A stretch of DNA of 64,000 nt from Bugula neritina. Its lineage: Eukaryota; Animalia; Bryozoa. Below the pieces are notes generated by a model that had not been told where the DNA came from, did no database searches, and saw nothing but the letters and a program-made list of their open reading frames with translations. The stretch is taken from positions 30,069,504-30,133,503 of the forward strand of contig OZ037765.1 of the NCBI GenBank assembly GCA_964035545.1, written 5' to 3'. Of the stretch, positions 25,693-37,300 are shown in pieces (positions within the stretch are counted from its first letter, which is position 1; the number at the start of each line of letters is the position of its first letter). Made by a program: the position numbers and the translations under genes.

Positions 25693-26734
25693 GACATATG
25701 TGTAATATATGTAAACAATAAACACAGTATTTTTATTGAAAAATATGCATTATGGCACACATACTATAATTAAAAATAAGATTTTTACAATTTGAACAGA
25801 ACTAAGAAGAATGAAAGTTACTTTGGCTATAAAGTAGTTAGCATGCATTGGAATGTGGATCATATTTTACAGGCTTTACTCAAAGAGGATTGTTTTGTTA
25901 GAAGATTTTGCTGACCACTAAGTTGTGTGTAATACTGTATACAGAGGCATACGATATAAATACTCATCATACAGACATCTACAATGACAGATTGTGGTGA
26001 ACAGTTAATATCACGCTAGTTGAGGTTTTACTACATATTTATAGACTGAAAAAAACTGAAAAATATAGAAGCACCAAATGAATATTTCACATGGCCTGAT
26101 ATGACGACTTTTAAAAGCACCATTTACAGAAATCATAGCTATATATAGTAAGAAAAGATTAGGAATAATGATTATGACTGTTGTCCATTGGAAATAAATT
26201 AAAGTTCTCTTTCAAATGTAGTTTGAAGTTATTCTTGTGACTACTATTTGTGACTTTATTATTTGGCTCCATATAATTCCTAGATCTTTGAGAATGAAGA
26301 ATTTACTTGGCCTACAGAATATTAGCAAGTAAACATGGAGTATACGTGTGTGTATGTCCATCAATGAGAAAAATATACATTTAATTCAGAGAACAAAATA
26401 TTGTGTCCGAAAACTTTTAAGTATAAAATTTCCCTAACAACATTTAAACTCTTTAAATATCAAGTATAATAATTTTACAACCATTAATATAATATTGAGA
26501 ACAGTTTCTCTATTTTCAATAATATCCGAATACTACTCATGGTCTTGCAAACCTGTCATTTTTAAACTTAGTCAACATCCACCGATGGCCAAAAGTGCAA
26601 CTAACTTCTATCAAATGTATAACCCTTCTGGCGTAAAGGACAGCAACAATCCATTATACAGCTTTTTTTATATACTTACTGACTTATTATGCAGCATTCA
26701 ATTTGGAGGTGAGGAATAAATAAGTCATGTGACG

Positions 26735-29700
26735 TTAGCTAATTGAACATTTCTTCTGCTTTTTCCGTGAGGTAGGTTGGGCAGCTGAGTGGCTAGCTTC
26801 ATTTCCTGGCCTTACCGAGTTGTTAACATTCACTGTGTAAATAATAACCATTATATATAATGTAATGCCATATTTTCTAAAGTATTGCGGTATTACGGAC
26901 ACCTACATTTCCACAAAGCGCAAAACATATATTAGTTCAGATATAATTTGGTAAATATTACAAATATAATGTCGACATCCCAACACTTCAATGATAATCT
27001 TGAAATATACATATTTATGCCCTTGTGGTGAATAACAGCAAATATAAAGAAAAAGGGTAAAGTTGGCATTAGCAGATGAATTTTGAATTTGTTTTTAAAT
27101 TTTGGTTGCTATTGAAAACAAAATTTTGTGAACATTATAAAAAGCTGTACCATCATAAGATTCTGTTGGCACTAGTTCACCATCAGACACATTGTAACAT
27201 TCAGTAGCTCCGAGTACTACTTCATTATCCGATTCATATGCAGGGCTTTGGCCATTGGCTGTCATTATTAATGCTTTCAAGTTTGGAAACATGGTCATTG
27301 CAAATGCTCTATTGTCAGCGACAGTAGGCATCAGCACATTGTCATCCTCCATAGGTTTCTGCTGCCGGAACCATCTGTTCAACATGAGAGAAAAACTCAG
27401 CCTACTCAGACATTTGACTCAAACTTCTTCCACAAAGAATGAAGGAGTTAGCAATAAAAAACGAAGGAGTTAGCAACACATAAAACAGGTTTTACAAATA
27501 AATAACAGGTCAGTTGAACAATTAAAATTGGCACTTGAAAGGCTTGTTGTAATATCTATAGAGCCAATATATAATGTTAAAATATGCTAGCTACTTACTC
27601 AGTCCTTCTAATATCTGCTATGGTTAATCTGTCATTGGCTGACTTGGCCAGCATGCCTGCATATATAATATATATAATATGATTGCATAATGAGTCATGG
27701 TTACTGCTTGTGGTCAATATGCAATTTAATTATTAAGTTATTTGGCTTTGCTAACAGTTTTAGACATACAATTTGCAACAGGAAATTTGATATTTGTAAT
27801 AGTGTGAATTGAATACCGACTATCACAAAGCATTACTCAATATTATTAGACCCTAGTGACTGCCCAGCCACGCTCATAAACAAAGGATCAAACTTTAGGT
27901 AATAATCTTAAAAAACTATCTTGACTTTTCACAAAATTATCATATATGCACATGTATCTTGTCTAAGTTATAAAGGTAGAAAACGCGTTAGGCCCTGAAA
28001 AATGGTCAACATCCACAATACTAAAAAAGCATTAGAAAATGACTTGCATTTATTTACCTTTAATCAGAACTTTGGCTTTGTCAGAGAGATGGTCAGGGAC
28101 GGTATACTCGGCTTTGGCTATGTTATCATATAACTTGCATATGGTTTCTCCGTCAAACGGATATTGTGTAGTACACATTCTATATCTAAAACCGGATGTT
28201 ACTAAGATGTTAATCAGGAACTACATGTGCAAACGAAATGATGGTGCAGCAAAAAGTAACTGCAAACAATAGAAGAAGAATTGACAACAAATCATGTTAC
28301 ATTATACCATCTCATTAAAATGGCAGTTTTATTTTATATGTAGATTAGGATATAATATAACTTACAAAGTAACACCACAAGACCAGATATCTACTTTGTA
28401 GCCTGAAAAACTGTCATCGCCCGCTGCTATCTCAGGTGACTGCGAGACTGGAGATCCTTGACTAGTGGTTATTGTGTCATCTTTGGCAAACTGATCCAGC
28501 TCCTGTCAAATATACATTCGCATAGGAAAGACAACTACAGCTGAAAGGTTTCCTGCTTGGCAAACCATTGATTTGGATAATTTAGCGAAAGTTCCCAAAA
28601 TGTAGCAAAGATCTACGGATGTTTTTTATAGAGCAGGCATGCTGCAAAAGAGCCTTTGCATTTAAAAGGTCTTTAACTGACTGGTAGTAAATTTATTATC
28701 TTTCATAAATAAAATGAGTGTGATCCATTATTACTTCATTACCCAGTGTTTTAGTATATTCATGATAACTTTTATAATGTAACAATATTAGTTTAATAAT
28801 TTTGCTGGCCATCATTTTGATTTAATTTCATTATATTACAACTCAAATGCATAGCAAGTTATGTATGCCGTAAGGCGCAATTTTATATACACATTTTCGC
28901 AAAGACAGATCCTTAGAATACTTAGAGCAATAAAACACTTCGACAGATATACTTTCCAATGCAAGTTCATTCAACTAAAATAATATTCAATGCAAGCAAA
29001 TGTTCAAATCTAAGTTACTCTAACACCCATGACATTTGATTTTGAGCCAAGCCAATAAAGACAAACCATACGTGATACTGTTCACACAATGGCATAACAC
29101 CATCACATATAATATTACGAGACACACCTCTGAAACACCCAAATCTGTTATCTTTAGAACCTGGTCTATAGTAAGTAGGAGATTGGCAGGTTTAATATCT
29201 TTGTGAATAATGCCTCTAGAATGAAGGTATTCCAATCCATCTATCAGTTGCATGAAATAGTAATGAGCTTGCCATTCCGGAAACTTCTTCTGGTCACATT
29301 CATCTAGCATAGCTTGCAGGTTGCAGCAACAGTACTCTAATACTATATATGTAAGCTTAGTTAAGGAGCCAATATTGAAATGTATATGCAATGTGATGAT
29401 TTATGATACAATAAATTTATATACTGAGCTTAAAATAAAAATCCTGAGGATATTGAAACCAATTAGATGTGAAACTATTAGTATTTTAGCATTTAATACT
29501 TAAAATTCAAATATTACAAACACAATAAGCAATCATCCATAAATATGAGCTTCTTATAGCTTAAGAAAAAGGATATTTTTTCTGTTTTTCGTCATTAACG
29601 AACTCTTCTATCAAACGAATGACATTCTTGTGCTCTAGTCTTTTTAGTATATTAATTTCTCTAAAACATACATCAGATGCAAACAGAGTTAACTTCACTA

Positions 29701-30112
29701 GGTTGAATAAAAAAGCTGCTTCAAGTTAAACTCAAGCAAATTCTTTATAATAACATTGTTAATTTCACTTTCAGCTATGAAATTACCTTTTCACGTTGGC
29801 TAGGCCATTTGGTATTTTTCTTATTTTCCTACATTTTACAATCTTGACAGCCCTTCTACATAGAGTATTTATATCAAGCACTTCTTTGACTTTGCTGTAT
29901 GAGCCCTCTCCCAAAAGATCTCCTTTTAAATATTTGTCCCCAATGAAAGAAGCATGCGTGTCTGGAGTGTATATTATTTCAGCAGAGTCTATTCTAATTA
30001 TATTGGGAAGGAAGTCATCAGTAGAGTTCATGAAATCGTTCCATTGAGCCGATGTAGAATCATGAGCATACCGATCTGCTGAGAGATCATCCTTTTGAGA
30101 ACCCAGATCCAT
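26735..30112 (-). CDS. STK11: Serine/threonine kinase STK11/LKB1, 8 coding exons, 425 aa
   Basis: Exons 30112-29787, 29660-29577, 29350-29128, 28502-28366, 28185-28058, 27656-27599, 27374-27151, 26832-26735; sum 1278 nt. Motifs [22 protein letters not shown], the LKB1-type DLG, SQGSP, KVDIWS; ends [10 protein letters not shown] (CAAX). Confidence 0.95.
29351..29576 (-). other. U12-type (minor spliceosome) AT-AC intron, STK11 intron 2
   Basis: 5'ss ATATCCTTTT, branch site TCCTTAAC (29367-29360), 3' end AC. Splicing gives EKQKK-YIVLEYC in frame. Confidence 0.93.
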
Positions 30113-30271
30113 AGTCACACATGGAACAAACAGCTTAATTTTTCAGCACTTGGCTTACAAATTTGATAAGCAGTTGCTTTAGTTGAATCTGCTTGTTTTC
30201 TTGGTAATCCAGCGGTGACTTTCGTATGCCCAGTTTACTGCATATAAAACTGAACAAGTGACTTATGATTA

Positions 30272-30731
30272 ATAGGGTTTGTCAGGTTGACTAATATTAG
30301 CACGAATTAAAAGAACACAGAAATATAAACAAATAAGAATTTTTTTGCTTTTACTATTTGCTGAAAAAAGTTGAAACCTTACTTTCGAGCTTAGTTCATC
30401 ACAATTGAAAATAGAAGAATCATCAAAATTACCAGGCACTTCCAACAATGAAACTGATTTCAAGGCAAGTTGAAGTGTCTGTTGGGTTTAAACTTCAGTG
30501 CTTACCATAACTCTCCAGAAGTGGCTCACCTATTATAGTAGATATCAAAAAGGAATTACGGTTGTGATTATCATAATATCAATTATGTAGATAACGGATA
30601 TATAAAACACTACAATAGGCAACACACAATTCCAACTATGAAGATAAAATTTCCCCAATAGCTTGATAGGGTTCGACAGGTTGACTAATATTAGCGCAGA
30701 TTAAAAAAACACAGAAATATATGGAAATAAG
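30272..30731. repeat. Diverged ~65-bp direct repeat pair (30272-30337 and 30666-30731)
   Basis: Shared atagggtt..caggttgactaatattagc...ttaaaa.aacacagaaatata. Confidence 0.75.
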
Positions 30732-32329
30732 TAAAAATTTTATGCTGTTTTCTTGATAGGGGTGAAAGTTGAAACCCCAGTCTACCCCAGAATGAGAATT
30801 TACGGTTTAAACAATAAACTAAGGGTTTAAATCTATCATACCAGAACTGTAGCAATAGCTACGCACTACACAGGTTGTATAAAATAATAAAACTTAATGC
30901 AATGTTATATGCTTATGCTAGTGCTACATTCACATTGTCATTGTGACTGGGCTTGTAATTGTATAAATCAAAATGATTAGTGAATGTCATAACTCATATC
31001 TCATATGCAAGTGTATATAGTTAAAGTACAACATTAACTATAATTTAAATTTAAACTAATAATACTATGACTATGATTAACACTCAACAATAACTAAAAG
31101 TTAGAGTAAAAGAGACTCTAACAGTAACTCTTAGTCTTACTCTAACAGACAGAGTGAGAGTCAGAGTGACTCAGGCTGTGAGTGTGAGAGTCAGAGTAGA
31201 CAGGTTTACTTTCGTTGTGCACGAATGACTAAAACCAACAATATTAATATTGAAAATTTTAAACTTAATGTATTGTGAAAGTTTTAGCGCTTATGTTTGT
31301 TATAACAGTCAATGTCACAGACACGGACAGTTGAGGTTAATTATTTTCATTTTGCAATTAAAAAAACTTTCCAAATTTGTTGACATTGAAAACGAGTCTG
31401 CAGGAAGTTAGCGTAACTATAAAATATTATTGTTTTGTTGAAAAAATAATGCAACGTTTTACATCTTTTTTTCAAAATAAAGACTTATGGTTTTTTTTAA
31501 ATTTTTCGGTAATTTTTTTCATATTTTAATAATAACTATTTGATCAAGTTTCTGTTAGCTTATGTTGAACACACAACTCTTGGTAAATGAAAAAGTGCAT
31601 TGTTTTCTTCCGCGTGCGGTCCTATTTGCATTTATAGGTATAATTATGACCATTGATGTGTACACTGTACACTTCTTCGCGTGAACTCAATCGCACCTAC
31701 ATTGAATGCTTCAAGCACATTGTCATATAATGGCACTAATTGCTATATCATAATCACAAAGCTATAATTATTACCCATATACCTGGTTGACAGGTTGAAA
31801 GGCAAACTCTTTTCTCTCAAACTCTTTTCTCTCAAGCCAACGTCAATGTAGAACACTATATTATTATTTAATACTGTAAATTTCAATAGGCAAAACACTG
31901 AAGTATAAATTAAAATATTATATTTCAGCAGCGTGATAAATACTACCTTTAACCAACCCTTTGTATTTCAGCGAGTGAAAATTGAATCGAAGGCCTTTTG
32001 CTAGTGAAGCGGCTTTAGGAAGTAACAAATTATGAATAAGTTTGATTTTATTGAATGGCCAAATATAAAAATTTAGGTGGTACTGAGTTATCTGTCCAAA
32101 TTGTATCATTGATCGCTGATCATGCTGTAATTCCCTACGCTGTAACCTCACTGGCAGAAGTGCTATCGAGTGATACCCCGATCGTAATTTCTTATCGTGC
32201 GTGCAGAATAAGAATTAGAATATCAATATAAATAATATTTGAAATTGACAGCAGTTGCAGGGTAATTTAACATATAAATGAAATGCGTATCGCAACAAAG
32301 GTATAGTTATACGTTTATGGTTATCTCTA

Positions 32330-33090
32330 CAACTCCAAGTCAATGTTGAATTTGAATATCAAATTCAATAGACTAACAGTAACTCTAAGACAATCACATT
32401 GACATTCACAATACCGATACCGTACCGCGTCCACTGTGAGTGTGATAGTCAGTGTGAGTGTCACACCCACTGTGACATATTCATATTGATAATGATAGTA
32501 ATTAACTGTATTACTACTATTACTAGTAATATTCAATTTCATGTTAATGTTATACTATAAGTATAGGTATAGTCTTTAAGTATAACTTATGGTTATACGT
32601 ATACTAATACTAATAGTAATAATACTTATAGTTATACAGTTATAGTTATACAAATAGTGAAATACAGTTTAAGTATTAGTGACTATTACTATTAGTATTA
32701 GTATTACTACTAGTACTACTAGTATTAGTACCTGTTAGTGTTACTATTAGTATAACTATGAGTATGAGTATTACTATTAGTATAACTATAAGTGTGAGTG
32801 TAACTCTAAGTCTATAAAACTAAGTATAAGTATAACTAATAGTAATACTTATAGTATAACTCTATAGTATAAGTATAACTTTGAGTTTGATATGACTATC
32901 AGTATCACAGTATGACTATGAGTATTAGTATTACTATTAGTATAAGTATTGCATTAGTATAACTATAAGTAGCAGTCACCGGTATCGCTATGAGTATGAC
33001 TATCGGTATTACTATTAATATCACTATGACTATTAGTATTTGTATAACTATAAGTATCACTATCACTATCGGTATGCTAATCGCTAATTA
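32330..33090. repeat. Low-complexity triplet/hexamer-periodic tract (AGT/ACT/ATA/ATT words)
   Basis: For example agtataactataagtatgagtattact. Yields spurious ITITI and TLTLT ORFs. Confidence 0.85.
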
Positions 33091-33166
33091 TCTAATGCAA
33101 TGGTCATGGTGCGTTATCAACACACTTCAGTCTCTTTCATCATCATGTAATATTTATATTATTATT

Positions 33167-33238
33167 GGATCCATTCAAGTAGAAATTATAAATATTAGTG
33201 CTATTAATAATATTTATAATTTCTACTTGAATGGATCC
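33167..33238. repeat. Perfect 31-bp inverted repeat with a 10-nt loop
   Basis: GGATCCATTCAAGTAGAAATTATAAATATTA - gtgctattaa - TAATATTTATAATTTCTACTTGAATGGATCC. Confidence 0.95.
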
Positions 33239-34331
33239 GGAATGAAAATGCTTGTTTAAATGCATAATAAATTTTTCTCATTTGTGTAATAGTATTAAAA
33301 TTATTACAATGTGAATATACTATATATAGTTAGTTAGTTGGTTGAAATATTTTGTGTGTGTATCAGTCATCACTTCAGATTTGACTTATGTGCAGATATG
33401 CTATCACCTCCACTAGCACCAAAAACTTTTAATAACTATTACTTTTAGAATATACTTATAGGTATAGTGTGTTATCAATATTGTTGCTCTACTTTGAGTT
33501 ACTTTACTGAAACTTGTTTAACTAAAAGGCATGCTGTGTAACTCAACACTAAAGTTTCACTTCTTAAGACAGAACTTAGAATTAGTACCTTGGTAACTAT
33601 AACTGTCAAATTTAACATAGGTGTTACTATTAAATAGTTATACTCATTGTCACAATCATTATTAGGAAACACTCATTCACTGTCACATTAGCCTTTTGGG
33701 ATGATAGATAATCTTAAGTCACTATAAAACTTTTGAAAACTATATAGTTGTAAATATATTCTAATTTGATAATCATGGTATAACAATAGCTATGAATAGC
33801 AGGTTACTGATATACCTATTGGGTATATGTCTTCATTCACTTATGAATAATATAGCCATAGGGGGTACCTTAAAGTGGGTGTATTTGCTCAGTCATTGAT
33901 ATGTAACTGAATCTGCTATTTTGCTATCTGCTATCACAATTAATTAAAAGCAATGTTTATTGCTGCACATAAAATTTGTTCCGTTCCACTTTATAGTCAG
34001 GAAAATACCAACTGTATAAACAATATCTTCAAAATGAAGGTGGTCACTTTCAAAAACTGAGATACTAAACCTAGAAAAAAGTAGAATAATCAACATTAGT
34101 TTGACATACTGTTAAACTAGAGATACTAGGTTATAAGTGGCTGCTTTTGCCCATTCTAGCATAGACACAAATTCTTCTGGAAATAAATTTGTATTGTATT
34201 TTCCATATCAATAATTGTGTATTTCATATTAAGAATTTGGTTTTTAGGTCATGAAGTATTAGATCAATTCAAGCTACCAAACGTTAGAATATGCAGTATT
34301 TTTAGCGCTTATCTAGACTAGCTACACTTTC

Positions 34332-37300
34332 ATGTCTTCCAAGCAGAACTTGCCGGATACTTGTGACAAAACAGATGCTATGGCAGTAACTGTTCCCCCA
34401 GCAACTCGTAACTCTATTGGTCACATCAACGACGACCCTGCAGGGCCAAAAGCATCCTCCCTCGAGAAAGATTTTAGGTCCATGTCCGGTAGTTTACAAG
34501 ATTACAATCAAGAAAGTTTAGAAGAAGTCAGTCGTGAAAACTCGCCAACCGATTTCGGCGACTCTGATCAGGTCTTCTTGGAAAATGGTGAATCTCAGCC
34601 AAAGATTCAAGAGGAAAAAGTTCATAGCAATGGCTTAGCGGAGAAGTCGAGACGAAGATCTAGTATTTTAAGTAAGAGTGGTCGACCAAGGAAGGTTAAA
34701 AAGTCTGTTAGTTTCTGCTCTATGCCTACTGAAAGAAGAGTTGCTAATGGTAGGTTTGAGTGTGATTTTGGCAGTAAAGAGCTAGTTTAAGTATAAGTTA
34801 TATACTTTAGTGAATTCTATAGCATTCTTGAATAACTCTATTTCTTGTAGCTGAAAGTGATAATTGTTATCAGAAGTTTTAAATGTGTAATAAAATTTCA
34901 GGCAGCTCTCCTAAAAGAAAAACAGTTGTTATGTCCATATGTATTTGGACTCTTACAGTACTCCTTTAGAATACAGTCATACTTTACCAGATGCCAAAAA
35001 GCTATATTTTTTATATCTCGTTGCATAGTTTTTTTTATATCAACCCCCATTAGCTTTCCAGGAAATAACATTTATAGCATTCCTGTAATCAAATATTCTT
35101 CTGCCATTAGTGTTGTTGTAATATTTTTCCTGTAGAGTGTAGACCATTCTTCTCTAATGCTCATAGAAATGTTTTAAAAAGTTAATGTTAAACCTGAGCT
35201 TCACCATATGTTTCCAGTATCTGATGAATCCTCATGCTTAGAACAATTCATCTTTTGTTTTTTAATTTTTAGTTGTATGTAATATAAGTCCTTAGCCCTC
35301 TTTAAAAGTTCTCTTTTCATCAGGGGTTCTCACAGGGGTGGTGACTATAAACTGCCGTGAGTGTTTATAATGCAATATCTGGTTGTTTCATATATTATGT
35401 TCTACTAGTCAGCTGGGAAAGGTCTCAGCATCGTCCCTTTCATTAGTCAAGGTCATTCTAGTGTTACTCAGCACCTAAGTCAGTCTAAGTAAAAGGACTG
35501 GGCTATTACTAGGGCCAGTCTTGAGGGAAATGGCTGTATGTAAAGTCAGGCTGTATTTTATGATGAGTTTCTTCAGCCCAACCCGTTGTACTTTCAGCAT
35601 AATATATTCTATTGACTGGGACTTGTTTTGATTGATAATCTCTAAGTTAATATGTGTCTGTAGTCGCTTGTATCTGCAACGTTCAGTCATAACACTACTG
35701 TCTGTAGTCTAAGAGTTTTTGCGTGGTGAACGTTATGACCGTTTGGAAAAAATGTGTTACATTTTTAGCATTGCACTTGAATGTTGATTTTGTCTGTGTA
35801 AACTGTTACAGTAGGTTTTAGTTTTATTGCTATTTATTTTATAGATATATTTTGTAGTTTCTATATACTATTAGCCGTACTAACTTTTGGAAATTATGTA
35901 TTCACTTGGAGTAGCTATTTAACTCCGTAGCTGTTGAATCTGCCCAAGTTGCTGTGTATAGCTCTGGTCATCTCTTTCTAGCCCGCGACTGTTTAGCCTG
36001 TATGCAAGAAGGCACTGAGCTTACCAAACTGAAACCTAACGGACGGATGTACCGCAGATACTACTGGCTGGAGAATGACTTGTCTGAGATTAGATGGATG
36101 CCCACTTCTAAAACATATAACAAGGCTAAAAGTAAGAAACACCTGTTTTGTGCAGCTGTAGCAGGTACTATTTAGTTGTGGAGTCGGTATGCAAGGATGC
36201 AGCCCAGACCAATGTGTGTTTTCTATAAATAATGGAGCTCCTTTACTGAGGTTATATTTGGCTGCGCTGTGTATACAGTATGCATAGGGCAGCAGCCTTG
36301 GCTATTTATAATATTGCATTGTTACCAGCTCCTTGTGTTATCTGTTTATAGGAACTTAAAAACTTGCTAGTTCAGGTCTTATCTAAATCATATTATTTGC
36401 TCCTAGTAAATGGCAGATACATATACATTGTCTTCATGTTTCGTAACAGCAGTTCAACACTGAGGTGTTGAATCCTTACATGCATGTATGTGTATACATT
36501 GTCTGTTAGACTGGTGGTTCGCTGCTTCTATCTACGGTGTACTGTAGTTTTAGTTAGTCAGATTAAGGAAGTTCAGAATGGCAAGAACTCTGAGGCTATG
36601 AAGAACAAGGATGTAGAGATGCTGTACCAGGAGGAGTGCATGCTCACCATACTGTATGGTAACAACTACACTCCTCTAGACCTCGTTGCTAAGTCACCTG
36701 ACGAGGCCAATATCTGGCTGGCTGGATTGAACCATCTAATAGCCAAGCAGGATGACCTTTCCAATGGAGGTTCGTGTATGAGTAATACTCCAATGTGTTG
36801 TTCTTCTGTCAGAGTAATTGCTGTAGTCATGCTCAAGAAGCTATGGACTCACGTAGGTAACCTTTATCTTTATATCTTTGAGTTTTGCTGATTCACTCTC
36901 AATCAGTTGGCTGAGTTTAATTGGTATGATAGTATGGTAACCTGTAATACAGTTAGCTGCTGCACTGTAGACTGTGGAAATGCACAACATCTTCAACCAG
37001 GGCCTATGGAATCTGGTACCTGATTTTCTGCTTGTTAAATTGGGTAAATTCTGACTGAATTTTCAAAATTGCTGCACGGGCTTAGTTTGCCTGCAATTTA
37101 TTTGGCCTGCGCTGACTATAAAACTAGAGACTCCTTCTTGGAGCAGCAGCAAACCAATTTCTAATAAGGAGATGAAGTTGTGGAATATGTATAGACAAAT
37201 TTTATATCAACTAGGGCCGAGGCTTCATCTAGTTATTAAAGAACTGCAGATTTTCAAGACAGCATGTAAATCTAAAATTTCGAATTTGAAAATAGGTCCT

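Noticed and set aside
26810-26816. Strong GTAAGG donor inside the last STK11 exon
   Set aside because: Read-through gives the expected polybasic CAAX end. Using this donor gives no plausible C-terminus.
32327-33259. ORFs rich in ITITI / TLTLT
   Set aside because: Products of the low-complexity periodic tract.
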